Shown: positions 1 to 11,532, numbered from the stretch's first letter. The stretch is DNA of 64,000 nucleotides from Rhodothermales bacterium (GCA_965215475.1 OZ244061.1:832015-896014); one strand, 5' to 3'. Notes: generated by a model not told the origin, from the sequence alone. Numbers and translations: made by a program.

Positions 1-898
1 AGCAATGCAGCAGTTTACCCTTGCAGTTGTTCAGCCGGAGGCGTTGACCTTTACCGAAACGATCGCTGATCAGAAATATCCCGTTCAGATTCCGGTTCCC
101 GATCAAATTCTTCCCCCTGCAGCCGGGGGCGTTGCGCCGTATACCTACACCTTGACCCCGGAATTGCCGGAGGGACTCACCTTTGATCCGAGCACCCGGG
201 CCTTGCGTGGAACGCCGACCGAGGTGGCATCTACCCAAACCTATACCTATGTCGCAGAAGATCGCGCGGGAACGCAGACGCAGCAGACGTTTGATCTGGA
301 GGTGTATCAAATGTCCTTTACCGAAAGGGTTCCCAACCAATCCTATGCCCGGGGCGAACCCATTGCGGACCTGGTCCTCCCGGAAGCGACCGGTGGAGTC
401 TCGCCAATTGCGTACACCTTGAACCTGCTGGAGCTTCCGCTGGGCTTGCAGTTTGATCTTCCCACTCGTACGATTCGGGGCATCCCCACAGAGATGACCC
501 CGCCCATCTCTTTGACCTATCGGGCCGTGGATGTGAACCAAGCCCAGGACCGTCTAACCTTCACCATGGAGGTGATCTCCCCGGTCTCGACCGAAGCGGC
601 CTCGGGGAGGCCCCAGGAATTCCGGGTCTATCCGAATTATCCGAATCCGTTCCAGCGTTCAACGCATCTGGTGTTGGATCTACCCTGGCCCGCACAGGTA
701 CGGGTGGACGTGTTGGACATGACGGGCCGGCGTGTGATGGCGATCCCGGCCGCGGATCTGAGCGCAGGATGGAACCATGAAATCGAATTGACGAGCCTGG
801 AACTCTCCTCGGGAACCTACCTGTACCGGATCCAAGCGACCTCGATGGATGATCCATCCTCTTCGGTCTATGTCGGCCAGTTTGTACGTGTCAAGTGA
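1..898 (+). CDS. Surface protein, C-terminal part (5' end outside the window): cadherin-like/putative-Ig repeats plus T9SS C-terminal sorting domain
   Basis: The frame is open to the window start. It has two ~95-aa repeats of the type LPxAxGGxxPxxYTLxxxLPxGLxFDxxTRxxxGxPT. The C-terminus reads NYPNPFQRSTHLVLDLPWPAQVRVDVLDMTGRRV...GTYLYRIQA, typical of a Por/T9SS CTD. Confidence 0.7.
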   Translation, partial: AMQQFTLAVVQPEALTFTETIADQKYPVQIPVPDQILPPAAGGVAPYTYTLTPELPEGLTFDPSTRALRGTPTEVASTQTYTYVAEDRAGTQTQQTFDLEVYQMSFTERVPNQSYARGEPIADLVLPEATGGVSPIAYTLNLLELPLGLQFDLPTRTIRGIPTEMTPPISLTYRAVDVNQAQDRLTFTMEVISPVSTEAASGRPQEFRVYPNYPNPFQRSTHLVLDLPWPAQVRVDVLDMTGRRVMAIPAADLSAGWNHEIELTSLELSSGTYLYRIQATSMDDPSSSVYVGQFVRVK

Positions 899-1371
899 TG
901 TTGGAGGGGCACATCTTGCCACTGGTAGACGGGGAATCATGGATCCACTCGGATTCACCAGATCTGGTATGCTGAGGCGGAGTTTTTCTGACGCACTCAG
1001 AGACATCCAATATGGTTTTGGGCTGGTGCGATCAATCGCAGACGTGACATGGCCGGTTGCGCCGTGGGGTTGAACTCTAGCCAATCATCCGCCCTCACTT
1101 TATCCAAATGAAGCTCGTCAGGCAGATCACGGAAAGCTGGGACGGATGATAGGAAAAAAAAGGCACTGTAGTAACTAGGCGCAAAAACATAAACCTGTTC
1201 TGAAGATCAGACACAGCCGTGACCAAAATATCCGAGAGTTTGGTTTGATCCAAGGCTGACCGCAGCTATGTCCAATGGTCTAGTAGCACCTGCTTCATCT
1301 TCAGATGATAACAGCACCAGATTGTTCTCATGATCAACAAGTTGCGACCGAACCAACTAATTGATCCAGAG

Positions 1372-4002
1372 TCAGCCATTATCTGCTTCGATTTCTGCTG
1401 GATCATAATTCAAAATCGGTCCCAGCCAGCGTTCTACCTCTCGTATTTTCATCCCCTTTCTATGGGCATAATCTTCAATCTGATCCCGATCAATCCTCCC
1501 TACAGAAAAATATGTACTCTCGGGATGTGCGATGTACAGACCCGAAACAGAGGCAGCGGGAATCATTGCATAGCTATTCGTCAATTCCATCCCGATATGA
1601 TTTGCCCCTAATAAACGAAAAATTGTCTCCTTCTCTGTATGGTCAGGTTGACAGGGATACCCTGGTGCGGGGCGAATACCAGCGTATGCCTCTTTGATTA
1701 AATCTTCATTGTCAAACTTCTCATCTGCCGCATATCCCCATAGCTCCTTACGAACACGCTCATGCATATACTCTGCTAGAGCTTCTGCGAAACGGTCGGC
1801 AAGGGATTTAACCATAATTGCGGAGTAGTCATCCGATTCGGCTTCAAATCTTTTTCCAATCTCTTGCGCCTCCACCCCCGAAGTGACGGCAAAGGCCCCC
1901 ACATGATCCTCCCCCTCGGCAACGAAATCAGACAGTGCAAAATTGGCTCGTCCATTGTCCTTGATCACTTGTTGGCGCAAAGTATAGAACGTATCGCCGG
2001 TATTGAGCTTAATATCATCACCGGCTCGGCAAGCCTCCCAAAACCCAACCACAGCCTTTGGCCTAAACCAGCGCTGACCAATAATTTTCTTTAACATGAT
2101 CTGGGTATCACGCCAAAGATCCCGCGCGGCATTTCCGATCACTTTATGTTCAAGGATTTGCGGAAAACGTCCCGCCAGGTTCCAAGTTATGAAATAAGGA
2201 GTCCAGTCAATGTAATCGGCTAATTCTGACAGATCAAATTCTTCGAATACTTTGGTGCCTGTAAAACTTGGAGCATGGGGAGATGGAGCCTGTATCTGGT
2301 ATGCATGTCTGCGTGCTATTTGAATGGGATAGCGAGGTTTGGGTGGCCCCCCTACTCGGCGATCCCGAATACGCTGATATTTGGTCTTTATCGTTTCAAG
2401 AAAAAGTGGACGCTCATCGTCAGAGAATAAGGACGAGACCGTACCAATGGCCCGACTGGCATCGGTTACATGAATCGATGGCCCATTGGACCGAGCTGGA
2501 TCAATTTTGACCGCCGTATGCACAGGGGAGGTCGTTGCCCCGCCAATCAATAAGGGTTGTTTCATTCCCAGGCGTTGCATTTCGCTCGCGACATAGACCA
2601 TTTCGTCTAAACTTGGAGTGATGAGACCTGAGAGACCGATCATGTCTACCTGTTCTTTTCTGGCTGTACTCAGAATATTCTCGCAAGGAACCATGACTCC
2701 CAAATCAACGACTTCATACCCATTACATGCGAGTACTACTCCCACAATATTTTTCCCGATGTCATGTACATCGCCTTTAACGGTTGCCATCAGGATCTTC
2801 CCATTTGAAGCATGTGCGATTCCCATCTCTTCTTTTTCAGCCTGCATGAATGGATCCAGATAAGCAACTGCAGCTTTCATGACACGTGCAGATTTCACGA
2901 CTTGCGGCAAAAACATTTTACCGGAGCCAAACAGATCTCCGACAACGTTCATCCCGTCCATGAGCGGACCTTCAATCACATGCAATGGGCGATCTGAAGT
3001 AACTCTGGCCTCCTCGGTATCTTCGACAATAAACTCTGTGACGCCGTTTACAAGTGCATATTCAAGCCTCTTGTCTACAGTCAGTTCGCGCCAAGACAAA
3101 TCTTTCTGGATCGACTTTCCTTTTTGACCACGGAACTGTTCGGCATAATTAACGAGTTCATCTGTCGCATTTTCATTCCGGTTGAGAATAACATCTTCAA
3201 CCAATTCTCGCAGTTTGGGCTCGATCTCATCGTAAATATCCAGTTGACCGGCATTCACGATTCCCATATTCATCCCCGCCGGGATCGCATGATATAGAAA
3301 GACGGAATGCATCGCTCTCCGAACGGGCTCATTCCCTCGGAAACTGAAGGATACATTTGAGAGCCCGCCCGAAATATGACTGCCAGGACATGTTCTGCGG
3401 ATGACGTTTGCGGCCTCAATAAAATCAACCGCGTAATTGTTATGTTCTGGAATTCCCGTAGCAACCGCAAAAATATTCGGATCAAAAATGATGTCTTCGG
3501 CCGGAAAGCCAACTTCCTCGGTGAGAATTTTGAATGCCCGCTGACAAATCTCAATCTTCCGAGAAGCCGTATCCGCCTGACCAATCTCATCAAATGCCAT
3601 TACGACGACTGCAGCCCCATACGATCGGCATGCATGTGCATGCTCCAGAAACTGATCTTTTCCTTCCTTCAATGAGATGGAATTGACTACAGCTTTTCCC
3701 TGTACACATTTTAGACCCGCTTCAATGACTTCCCACTTCGAGCTGTCAATCATAATTGGCACCCGGGCAATGTCAGGCTCAGCCGCAATCAGGTTCAGAA
3801 ACGTTTGCATGGCTTTGACCCCATCCAGCATCCCCTCGTCCATGTTCACATCAATGATCTGCGCCCCATTTTCGACTTGCTGTCGCGCAACCTCTAGGGC
3901 CGTTGCATAATCACCATTTGTGATCAGTCTGCGGAACCTGGCAGAACCAGTCATATTGGTTCGCTCACCAATGTTGACAAATGTTTGAGCGGCCGTGTTC
4001 AT
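1372..4002 (-). CDS. metH: Cobalamin-dependent methionine synthase, pterin-binding + B12-binding + AdoMet-activation domains (Hcy domain absent)
   Basis: 876 aa. It starts at [20 protein letters not shown]...[20 protein letters not shown] (pterin barrel). It has the B12 motif [11 protein letters not shown] (DxHxxG) and a C-terminal activation domain. By memory it is collinear with E. coli MetH from about residue 350 onward. Confidence 0.9.
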   Translation of the reverse strand: MNTAAQTFVNIGERTNMTGSARFRRLITNGDYATALEVARQQVENGAQIIDVNMDEGMLDGVKAMQTFLNLIAAEPDIARVPIMIDSSKWEVIEAGLKCVQGKAVVNSISLKEGKDQFLEHAHACRSYGAAVVVMAFDEIGQADTASRKIEICQRAFKILTEEVGFPAEDIIFDPNIFAVATGIPEHNNYAVDFIEAANVIRRTCPGSHISGGLSNVSFSFRGNEPVRRAMHSVFLYHAIPAGMNMGIVNAGQLDIYDEIEPKLRELVEDVILNRNENATDELVNYAEQFRGQKGKSIQKDLSWRELTVDKRLEYALVNGVTEFIVEDTEEARVTSDRPLHVIEGPLMDGMNVVGDLFGSGKMFLPQVVKSARVMKAAVAYLDPFMQAEKEEMGIAHASNGKILMATVKGDVHDIGKNIVGVVLACNGYEVVDLGVMVPCENILSTARKEQVDMIGLSGLITPSLDEMVYVASEMQRLGMKQPLLIGGATTSPVHTAVKIDPARSNGPSIHVTDASRAIGTVSSLFSDDERPLFLETIKTKYQRIRDRRVGGPPKPRYPIQIARRHAYQIQAPSPHAPSFTGTKVFEEFDLSELADYIDWTPYFITWNLAGRFPQILEHKVIGNAARDLWRDTQIMLKKIIGQRWFRPKAVVGFWEACRAGDDIKLNTGDTFYTLRQQVIKDNGRANFALSDFVAEGEDHVGAFAVTSGVEAQEIGKRFEAESDDYSAIMVKSLADRFAEALAEYMHERVRKELWGYAADEKFDNEDLIKEAYAGIRPAPGYPCQPDHTEKETIFRLLGANHIGMELTNSYAMIPAASVSGLYIAHPESTYFSVGRIDRDQIEDYAHRKGMKIREVERWLGPILNYDPAEIEADNG

Positions 4003-4089
4003 TCCCTATCTTAGATCTTATTCAGTATTCCGGGTCTGAAATTACTTACTCGGAACTGGTACCATTACCATTGATCTCTATGTGCGTGA

Positions 4090-5166
4090 CTAGCTTGCTA
4101 ACTCAAAAGGCTCTAGACCAGCAAGTCGCAGCGTATTCATATTTCTCACTGGACTTCTAGGCGGTATCCCCTTAATTATTTCTCCGATTGCACGAATGTG
4201 ATCTGGAGTCGTCCCACAACACCCCCCAAGAATATTCACAATGCCATCTTGTGCCCATTTCCCGACCTCACTTGCCGTCTCCTGTGGTAATTCATCATAT
4301 TCACCCATCTCATTAGGAAGCCCTGCATTCGGATAGGCCGCAACGAATGTATCCGCGACTCGAGACATTGCTGCAATATGCGGGCGCATTAGATTTGCCC
4401 CGAGTGCACAATTAAACCCAACCGCAAATGGTTTGACGTGGCGGATTGAATGCCAAAATGCTTCAACCGTTTGCCCTGATAGAGTGCGCCCCGACCGATC
4501 CGTAATCGTCCCGGAAATCCAAACCGGTAGCTTTTCAAGTCCTTCAGCTTCGAGATCAAGAATCGCTTTGATTGCTGCCTTGCAGTTCAATGTATCGGTA
4601 ATCGTCTCAATCAAATACAGATGAATCCCCCCTCGATTCAGAGCTTGAATTTGCTCACGATACGCTTGATAAACCTGATCGAACGTCACTTCGCGAGCAC
4701 CAGGATCATTGACGTCCGAGCTCATCGATAGCATCTTATTCAGTGGTCCAATAGAACCGGCAACAAAACGCGGCTTCTGCGGCTCTTTTTTTGTCCACTT
4801 ATCTGCCGACGCACAAGCAAGTTTTGCTCCTTCATAATTGATATCAATGACTGACTGGAGATCAAGGGCGTAATCCTCCTGTACGATGGTTGTTGCCGAA
4901 AATGTATTGGTCTCCGTAATATCTACCCCGGCTGCAAAATATTCGTCATGTAATTTTGTTACGATTTCGGGTCTTGTAAGGCATAGAATATCGTTATTTC
5001 CTTTCATGGGGACCGGATACTGTTCCTCCGTAAACCGTTCCCCCCGATAATCTTTCTCCTCAAGCCCCATTCTTTGGAACATCGCTCCCCAAGAACCATC
5101 AAGCAGTAGAATTCGCTGCTTAACTACCTGATAAAGCCGATCAATACGATCTTGGCGCTTGGTCAT
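4090..5166 (-). CDS. Homocysteine S-methyltransferase domain protein (detached N-terminal module of MetH)
   Basis: 358 aa. Hcy-binding barrel with GFNCALG and ILGGCCGTTPDHI (zinc-ligand cysteines). It ends ...RLAGLEPFELAS, exactly at the linker that precedes FVNVGERTN in single-chain MetH. Confidence 0.85.
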   Translation of the reverse strand: MTKRQDRIDRLYQVVKQRILLLDGSWGAMFQRMGLEEKDYRGERFTEEQYPVPMKGNNDILCLTRPEIVTKLHDEYFAAGVDITETNTFSATTIVQEDYALDLQSVIDINYEGAKLACASADKWTKKEPQKPRFVAGSIGPLNKMLSMSSDVNDPGAREVTFDQVYQAYREQIQALNRGGIHLYLIETITDTLNCKAAIKAILDLEAEGLEKLPVWISGTITDRSGRTLSGQTVEAFWHSIRHVKPFAVGFNCALGANLMRPHIAAMSRVADTFVAAYPNAGLPNEMGEYDELPQETASEVGKWAQDGIVNILGGCCGTTPDHIRAIGEIIKGIPPRSPVRNMNTLRLAGLEPFELAS

Positions 5167-5303
5167 TGGCTTTGACTAACCTAGAAAGAATCAGGAAGTG
5201 AAGTCCATCCCTTATTACAAGAGGCTGAATACAAGCCGTAAACCTCTCTCGAAGAAAAGCATGGATCGTAGTCGGGCAAAGTACAAGAACTTTCCATGAC
5301 TGA

Positions 5304-7184
5304 TTAAACCACCACTTGGGGCTTCAATCCAAGCAATCGACAGGTCGATAATGCCAGGCTTGCGCGATTCAGTGTATAGAAATGAAAATCATTTACCCCC
5401 TGTTCTGAAAGCTTATGGCAGAGTTCAGCAGCTACATTCGCTGTGATGAACTCACATGTAGTTATATCTTCATCCGTTCCCTCGTATACCTCATGTAACC
5501 AGTCTGGCAATTCGACCTGGCAAAGATCTGCCATACGTTTCATTCCTTTGAAGTTGGGCTGTAACATGATCCCTGGAACGATTGGCATGGTCACTCCCCC
5601 TGCTCGTGCACGATCAAGAAAAGCTAGATACGTCTCTGGTTCGAAGAAAAACTGTGTGATCGCCCGGTCAGCGCCGGCATCCTGCTTGGCTCTCAGAAAT
5701 GCAATATCCTGGTCCCAACCTCGACTATGGGGATGTTGTTCTGGATAACACGAAACACTGATTTCAAATCTTTTGCCCGGTTCGATCTCATGTGTACGAA
5801 TCCCTTCAATTAATTCGATACTATTGCGAAACCCGCCAGGATATTCCTCGAATTTTGTGCCTATACCTTCCGGAGGATCTCCTCTCAGTGCCACTAGGTG
5901 ACGTATACCCACTTTCCATAAATCGACGGCAACCTCTAATACTTCTTCCTTGGTAGAGCTCACACAGGTAAGATGTGCGGCGGGCAATAGCGGAGTATCT
6001 CGTGCAATCTTTGTGACAATTCTTTGTGTTCGATTCCGTGTGGATCCACCTGCTCCATAGGTCACTGATACAAAGCGCGGTGCCATCGGTGTGAGACGTG
6101 CAACCGATTCCCAGAGCTTCGCTTCCAGCCTATCCGTTTTCGGGGGAAAGAATTCGAAAGAGACATTCGGGGGTAGTTTTGATTGCTGCTCTGCAACGGC
6201 AAGTTTGTTTTCACTGTAGCCTCTTGGTGGACAGGGATGCCACGTTGCAGTCCAGATCAGAACACTGATGCCTTTTTGCAGCGAAACGGGAGGATCAAAT
6301 TTTTTCACTTGGACGGAAAAACCAGCTACTTCCGCCCAGTGTAACATGTCATCCTCAGAAATCCCAAGCCGGTAGTGCCCCTGAGATTCACGTAAGAACT
6401 CTAATTCATGTGGAGCAAAATCAACCACAAGCAGTTTGCCTCCAGGTTTGAGAATGCGCGCGGCCTCAGAAATGACATCTTCTGGTTTTTCCAGATAATG
6501 CAACACTTGGTGTACGATGACAAAGTCAGCACTATTGCTTTCAAACGGAGTATTTGTGGCATCACCTTGACGAACGCGTGCGTTTCCTATCCGTGCTCGG
6601 TTGAGATTTGCACGTGCAACGGTCAGCATCTGATGAGAGAGATCCAGACCTTCGGCTTCTTGAGTGTAGGGGGAAAGCAGAATGAGCATCCTCCCGGTCC
6701 CTGTTCCCAGATCAATGACACGTTCAAATTGATGCGTTGCAATATGCTCAAGGATGGCTTTTTCAATGGCAGCATCCGGATAGTGCAATGCCCTCAGTCG
6801 ATCCCAATCCTCCGCAATTTTGGAAAAATAAGTTGCTGCTGATTTTGCACGAGCTTCGCGAACCCTCTGCAATGCCTGAAGATCAGATATGAATGGACCC
6901 CCCTCCGTATCTAATTCGGAAAAGAACCCATTCAGTAACCTTCCGGCCCAGCCTTTACTTTGAATTCGATAAAATACCCAAGATCCTTCGGGGAGCCTTT
7001 CTACTAAGCCTGCCCGAGTCAATATCTTCAAGTGATGAGATAACCGCGGTTGGCTTTGGTTCAAGATTTTCGCTAGTTCTCCGACGGCAAGATCACCACA
7101 GCGTAGCAGAACAAGAATACGTAGCCGGTTCGGCTCTCCAGCCGCCTTCATTGCACCGATCAACAATCTTTGACACGCATTCAT
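5304..7184 (-). CDS. metF: Tri-domain fusion: ArsR-family HTH + class I SAM-dependent methyltransferase domain + 5,10-methylenetetrahydrofolate reductase
   Basis: One continuous 626-aa ORF. N-terminus NRLRILVLLRCGDLAVGELAKILNQSQPRLSHHLKILTRAGLV (ArsR wHTH). Middle VIDLGTGTGRMLILL (SAM motif I). C-terminal ~290 aa VSFEFFPPKT...FVSVTYGAGGSTR...(MetF). Confidence 0.85.
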   Translation of the reverse strand: MNACQRLLIGAMKAAGEPNRLRILVLLRCGDLAVGELAKILNQSQPRLSHHLKILTRAGLVERLPEGSWVFYRIQSKGWAGRLLNGFFSELDTEGGPFISDLQALQRVREARAKSAATYFSKIAEDWDRLRALHYPDAAIEKAILEHIATHQFERVIDLGTGTGRMLILLSPYTQEAEGLDLSHQMLTVARANLNRARIGNARVRQGDATNTPFESNSADFVIVHQVLHYLEKPEDVISEAARILKPGGKLLVVDFAPHELEFLRESQGHYRLGISEDDMLHWAEVAGFSVQVKKFDPPVSLQKGISVLIWTATWHPCPPRGYSENKLAVAEQQSKLPPNVSFEFFPPKTDRLEAKLWESVARLTPMAPRFVSVTYGAGGSTRNRTQRIVTKIARDTPLLPAAHLTCVSSTKEEVLEVAVDLWKVGIRHLVALRGDPPEGIGTKFEEYPGGFRNSIELIEGIRTHEIEPGKRFEISVSCYPEQHPHSRGWDQDIAFLRAKQDAGADRAITQFFFEPETYLAFLDRARAGGVTMPIVPGIMLQPNFKGMKRMADLCQVELPDWLHEVYEGTDEDITTCEFITANVAAELCHKLSEQGVNDFHFYTLNRASLALSTCRLLGLKPQVVV

Positions 7185-7831
7185 AACAATATTATACAGA
7201 TAAACAACTATTTATATAACACTTCCTTAATATCAAGGTTCACAAACCGCTCCAACGTATTTCGTTTCTGAGGCTCATTGTCTGATGAATCCCTCCACGA
7301 TGCTATAATTCTTATGCTCTGCTACCATCATCCGAAAACGATTCAGATATATTCAGACTAGAAGACGATCCCTTTGGAGAGCCTGATCAAATTTGGTAGT
7401 ACTAGACGTGCACGAGAGCATCAAATATGAAACTTGATGCAGGGATTGATGATTTTTCCTTCCACAAATAGTCCAAATATCCTAGGATTTCATCGAGGAA
7501 GAAGGATCGCTCTACACTTTCTCTAGAGAAGCCGTTTGATCGTCAACGGGTAGATCGGATCAAATTTGCGAATATCCTACGACGATAAACCTCCAGATCC
7601 ATTTTTGACCAAAGGGTACCCCTCCTTCTTGACTGGAAGATGCTTAAACTTGGGGGCACCAGTGGACTTACAGTTGCTCAAATGAAGATTCTACCCCTAT
7701 ACAATCCTGCCCCCTTTGACTGTTATAACACAATCCAGAAACGACAATGCCGTATAAACAGATTTTATACCAAGAGAACCCTACAGTATGCCGTTACCAG
7801 GTCATTTTCTGATCATTTCAGAAGAAAGTGA

Positions 7832-8848
7832 TTATGCCCTTTCTGTGGGAATGTTGAGACCTAAATTCTCACGTACGTTTGCCCGGATTGATTCGTATTC
7901 ACCAGGGTTTTCTATCAACCAGGTTTTCGCATTATCCCGTCCTTGCCCAATTCGTTCGTTTCCATAACCATACCAAGAACCGCTTTTGGTGATGATCCCA
8001 ATATTCACTGCAAGGTCAACCAACTCTCCTACAGATGAAATCCCTTCCCCATAGATAATGTCAAACTCAGCATTCCGAAACGGTGGTGCAACTTTGTTCT
8101 TCACCACTTTGACACGCGTTCGATTGCCAATGACCTCGGTGGCATTCTTGATCGCACCAATCCGACGAATATCAAGTCTGACTGAGCTGTAGAATTTCAG
8201 TGCTTTTCCACCAGGAGTCGTTTCAGGGTTTCCAAACATCACTCCAATTTTTTCCCGGAGTTGGTTAATGAAAACCACAACAACATTGGATCGATTGATA
8301 ATTCCGGCTAACTTTCTTAGAGCCTGGCTCATCAGGCGGGCTTGCAATCCCACATGACTATCTCCCATATCCCCTTGAATTTCAGCTGCGGGAACCAAGG
8401 CCGCTACGGAGTCAACGACAATAAGATCAAGTGCACCACTTCGAACGAGGGTATCGCAAATATTTAACGCCTGTTCTCCAGTATCGGGCTGTGAGATCAA
8501 TAACTGATCAATATCCACACCCAATTGCTCTGCATAAGATGGATCGAAGGCATGTTCCGCATCGATAAATGCGCATTGTCCTCCCAATTTCTGAGCCTCG
8601 GCAAGACAATGCGTAGCCAATGTGGTCTTCCCCGAAGATTCGGGGCCATAGATTTCAACGATTCGTCCGCGGGGGATCCCTCCCACACCTAGAGCGGCAT
8701 CTAATGCTATAGATCCCGTAGGAATGGCTTCCACCTGTACTGGCGGAGCATCCCCCATTCTCATGATGGAGCCTTTGCCATGTTGTTTCTCAATCTCCTT
8801 GATCGCGAGATTAAGTGCACGAATTTTGGGGGTTTCTTTTGTACTCAT
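7832..8848 (-). CDS. recA: Recombinase RecA
   Basis: 338 aa. Contains Walker [20 protein letters not shown] and [13 protein letters not shown]; canonical RecA throughout. Confidence 0.97.
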   Translation of the reverse strand: MSTKETPKIRALNLAIKEIEKQHGKGSIMRMGDAPPVQVEAIPTGSIALDAALGVGGIPRGRIVEIYGPESSGKTTLATHCLAEAQKLGGQCAFIDAEHAFDPSYAEQLGVDIDQLLISQPDTGEQALNICDTLVRSGALDLIVVDSVAALVPAAEIQGDMGDSHVGLQARLMSQALRKLAGIINRSNVVVVFINQLREKIGVMFGNPETTPGGKALKFYSSVRLDIRRIGAIKNATEVIGNRTRVKVVKNKVAPPFRNAEFDIIYGEGISSVGELVDLAVNIGIITKSGSWYGYGNERIGQGRDNAKTWLIENPGEYESIRANVRENLGLNIPTERA

Positions 8849-9047
8849 AATTTCATGATTGAGTTAAGCCGTTTAATGATACAACACTTTGACCGAAGTT
8901 TTTTATCTCTACAAACTACAATTCGAAAAAGAATTCCCCAAAACACTTCGAAGGCAAGCTAGTTCTCCAGAATCGGCACTTAAAATTGCCAGGGGGGAGA
9001 TGCCCTTGTCTAGTTACATCTTATCGAGGAATTCATTTTGCTCATAG

Positions 9048-10016
9048 ATGATAATTTCGTATAGATACATGGACATCAAGCCGTTTATTGTATGCCAGGA
9101 AAATGGAAAACTTACTGTACTTGAGGGTAATCGTCGATTAGCTGCGGTTCGTCTATTCAGGGATCCTGAGTTAAGCAACAAAATATTTGATGCAACCACA
9201 ACTAGGATACGAATCCCAGAAATAACCAAGGATCATAGAGGCACACTCGAGAAGATTTCCGTGTATCGTGTTGATCATCGTAGAGATGCCGATGCATTCA
9301 TTGGATTTAAACATATCAATGGTGCTGTCCGATGGAATTCATATGCGAAGGCCAAATTTGCTACTCGTTGGCATGGAAACAGTAACTTCTCTCTTACTGA
9401 GATAGCAAATCAGGTTGGAGATAGTCATACAACCATAAAACGGATGGTCCATGCAATCTATGTATTAGAACAAGCCAGGAATGAGTCGCTCTATAATATA
9501 GATGATCGCTGGAATCCGCGTTTCAGTTTTTCGCATCTCTACACAGCATTATCACATTCAGAATATAGACGTTTCCTCGGACTTGATTTGCAATGAACAA
9601 ACTATGAACCACAACTAAATCCAATCTCCAAGGACAGGAAAAACCACTTAACTGAATTACTGACATGGATTTATGGATCCAAAAAAGATGACCTACATCC
9701 GGTAATCACGTCACAGAACCCAGACATTAAACATCCAGGAGAAGTATTAAATCACACTGCATCTCTGACAATTCTTAGAGCCGGACGTCCCTTGGAGGAA
9801 GCCTACGAAAGTATGCTGCCCGCCGAGCAGAAGCTAATAGAGTTAATGCTCATTATACGTGCAAAAATCCGTGAAGCATTCTATAATGTAAGGGGGTATG
9901 ATGGTCAAGACACGTATCTCATTGATGTAGCCGAAGAGATCTCTGAAACAGCACAAGCAATACATGAGCGAATGAAAAAAAGAAGGGAAGCTAGTTCTGG
10001 GGAAATGAATGAGTAA
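9048..10016 (+). pseudogene. ParB/Srx-like N-terminal-domain protein, interrupted by an in-frame TGA and apparently 5'-truncated
   Basis: Carries the motif KLTVLEGNRRLAAVRLFRDPEL (ParB-like GxxR box). Codon-by-codon reading shows the frame of 9048-9596 stays open from 9597 to 10016. A single TGA at 9594-9596 is the only interruption. Only ~10 codons precede the ParB box, so the N-terminus looks lost. Confidence 0.6.
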
Positions 10017-10224
10017 CAAACATACCTCCCCCTCGAACAAGTTTCTGTACTCCTACTGCATAGCTGCGATATCTTCTTCCTCCAACTTAAGTACCGTTTT
10101 AAAACTGCTAGATAATTTTTGACATGCACCTATCCGATTCCGATGAACAAGTGCTTCTGAAATACTTCCAATACATTGCAACCACCTACTATCGCCGGAG
10201 AAATCGAAAGACAAGTATGGTTCT

Positions 10225-11523
10225 TCAGTTTCCCACGACTCGACCTCCCCAGTTAGTTTGGGAAGCGTCAGTTTTATCGCTATGGTTACGTAGCGACTGA
10301 AGTGCAATATTCAGGGTAGCAATTACACTCTTCTGCTTGTTACGATCCCGATCCTCCCCGAACTGATGCTTTACTGCCCATGCTCTTCGCGCATCGGCAA
10401 ACCCAATCCAAACAAGACCAACCGGCTTCTCCTCCGTTCCTCCGGAAGGTCCAGCAATTCCTGTTACAGATAACCCAATATCACTGTGAAACCGATTGCG
10501 TACTCCTTCTGCCATCTGCACAGCAACGGGTTCACTCACTGCGCCAAAACGGTTCAAAATATCACGGTCTACGTCCAAATGGTGCTGCTTTATCAAGTTC
10601 GAATAAGCAATCACGCCACCCAGTACATAATCAGAGGATCCTGGCACATCGGTGAGGTGATTAAGTACCGAGCCACCTGTACAACTCTCTGCAATGGCAA
10701 TGGTCATGCCCTTACTCTTTAATTGATGTCCTAGAATACTTTCTAGTGTATCGTCGTCTTGGCCAAAGATCACGGAGCCGAGTTTCGATCGGACAAGCTT
10801 TTCGGCAGCATATAAGCGCTTCTTTGCATGATCTCCACGAATGGTTAGCCTGACACGAACACTATAAGCTGATGGGAGATAAGCAATCTGAAGATCAGAT
10901 TCTAATCCATGAGATATAGCCTCGATCTGGCTCTGAACCCATGTCTCGCCCACTCCAGCAATTTTTAGAGTCCGTTGAGCAATCTCCGTCCGGCCATCCA
11001 TTCGTAAGATTCGGGGGATCACATGATCGGAAAAAATAGCTTTCATTTCATGAGGAACCCCTGGCAGAAGGATTACTGCATTCCCACTTCCCCCTTTGTA
11101 CCATAACCCGGGAGCGGTTCCCTTGGAGTTCCGTAATATTTCAAACCCGCCAGGAACACTCGCAACACGCTCCGATCCCGGAGGTACCGAACGTCCAAGG
11201 GAGATAAAGTGACGCTCGACCGCGGCTAAGATCGTAGGATCTACTACGAGACTAGAACCCGTAAATTCTGCGGCAGCATCTCTGGTAAGATCATCCGAGG
11301 TGGGACCAAGGCCTCCCGTTACCAACGTAAGATCACAACACCCCATACCATTTGCAATTGCTGTTTTTATTACTTCTTTATCATCACCTACCGTCAGCGA
11401 ATACGAAACGGTAATCCCCAAGTGCGTTAGCTCTGATGCGAGATAGGAAGCATTGGTATCCACTACCTGCCCCACCAGAAGCTCATCTCCTACGGTTATA
11501 ATACTTGCGATGAGCTGTGTCAC
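10225..11523 (-). CDS. cinA: CinA-family competence/damage-inducible protein (MoCF-type domain + nicotinamide-nucleotide amidase domain)
   Basis: 432 aa. N-terminus ITVGDELLVGQVVDTNASYLA; C-terminal domain AESCTGG...GLSVTGIAGPSGG. Confidence 0.9.
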   Translation of the reverse strand: MTQLIASIITVGDELLVGQVVDTNASYLASELTHLGITVSYSLTVGDDKEVIKTAIANGMGCCDLTLVTGGLGPTSDDLTRDAAAEFTGSSLVVDPTILAAVERHFISLGRSVPPGSERVASVPGGFEILRNSKGTAPGLWYKGGSGNAVILLPGVPHEMKAIFSDHVIPRILRMDGRTEIAQRTLKIAGVGETWVQSQIEAISHGLESDLQIAYLPSAYSVRVRLTIRGDHAKKRLYAAEKLVRSKLGSVIFGQDDDTLESILGHQLKSKGMTIAIAESCTGGSVLNHLTDVPGSSDYVLGGVIAYSNLIKQHHLDVDRDILNRFGAVSEPVAVQMAEGVRNRFHSDIGLSVTGIAGPSGGTEEKPVGLVWIGFADARRAWAVKHQFGEDRDRNKQKSVIATLNIALQSLRNHSDKTDASQTNWGGRVVGN

Positions 11524-11532
11524 GTTAATCTC

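Noticed and set aside
7185-7831. Long (~650 bp) intergenic region upstream of the metF fusion; I looked for a SAM or cobalamin riboswitch
   Set aside because: I could not find the conserved SAM-I core or a B12 box on either strand. Only a 7-bp hairpin is present (7418-7440, GCATCAA...TTGATGC). The region is not called; a covariance-model scan would be needed.
9594-9596. In-frame TGA in the ParB-like ORF as possible selenocysteine or programmed readthrough
   Set aside because: No SECIS-like hairpin is evident immediately downstream. The gene also looks 5'-truncated, and the protein family is not known to be a selenoprotein, so a pseudogene is the simpler reading.
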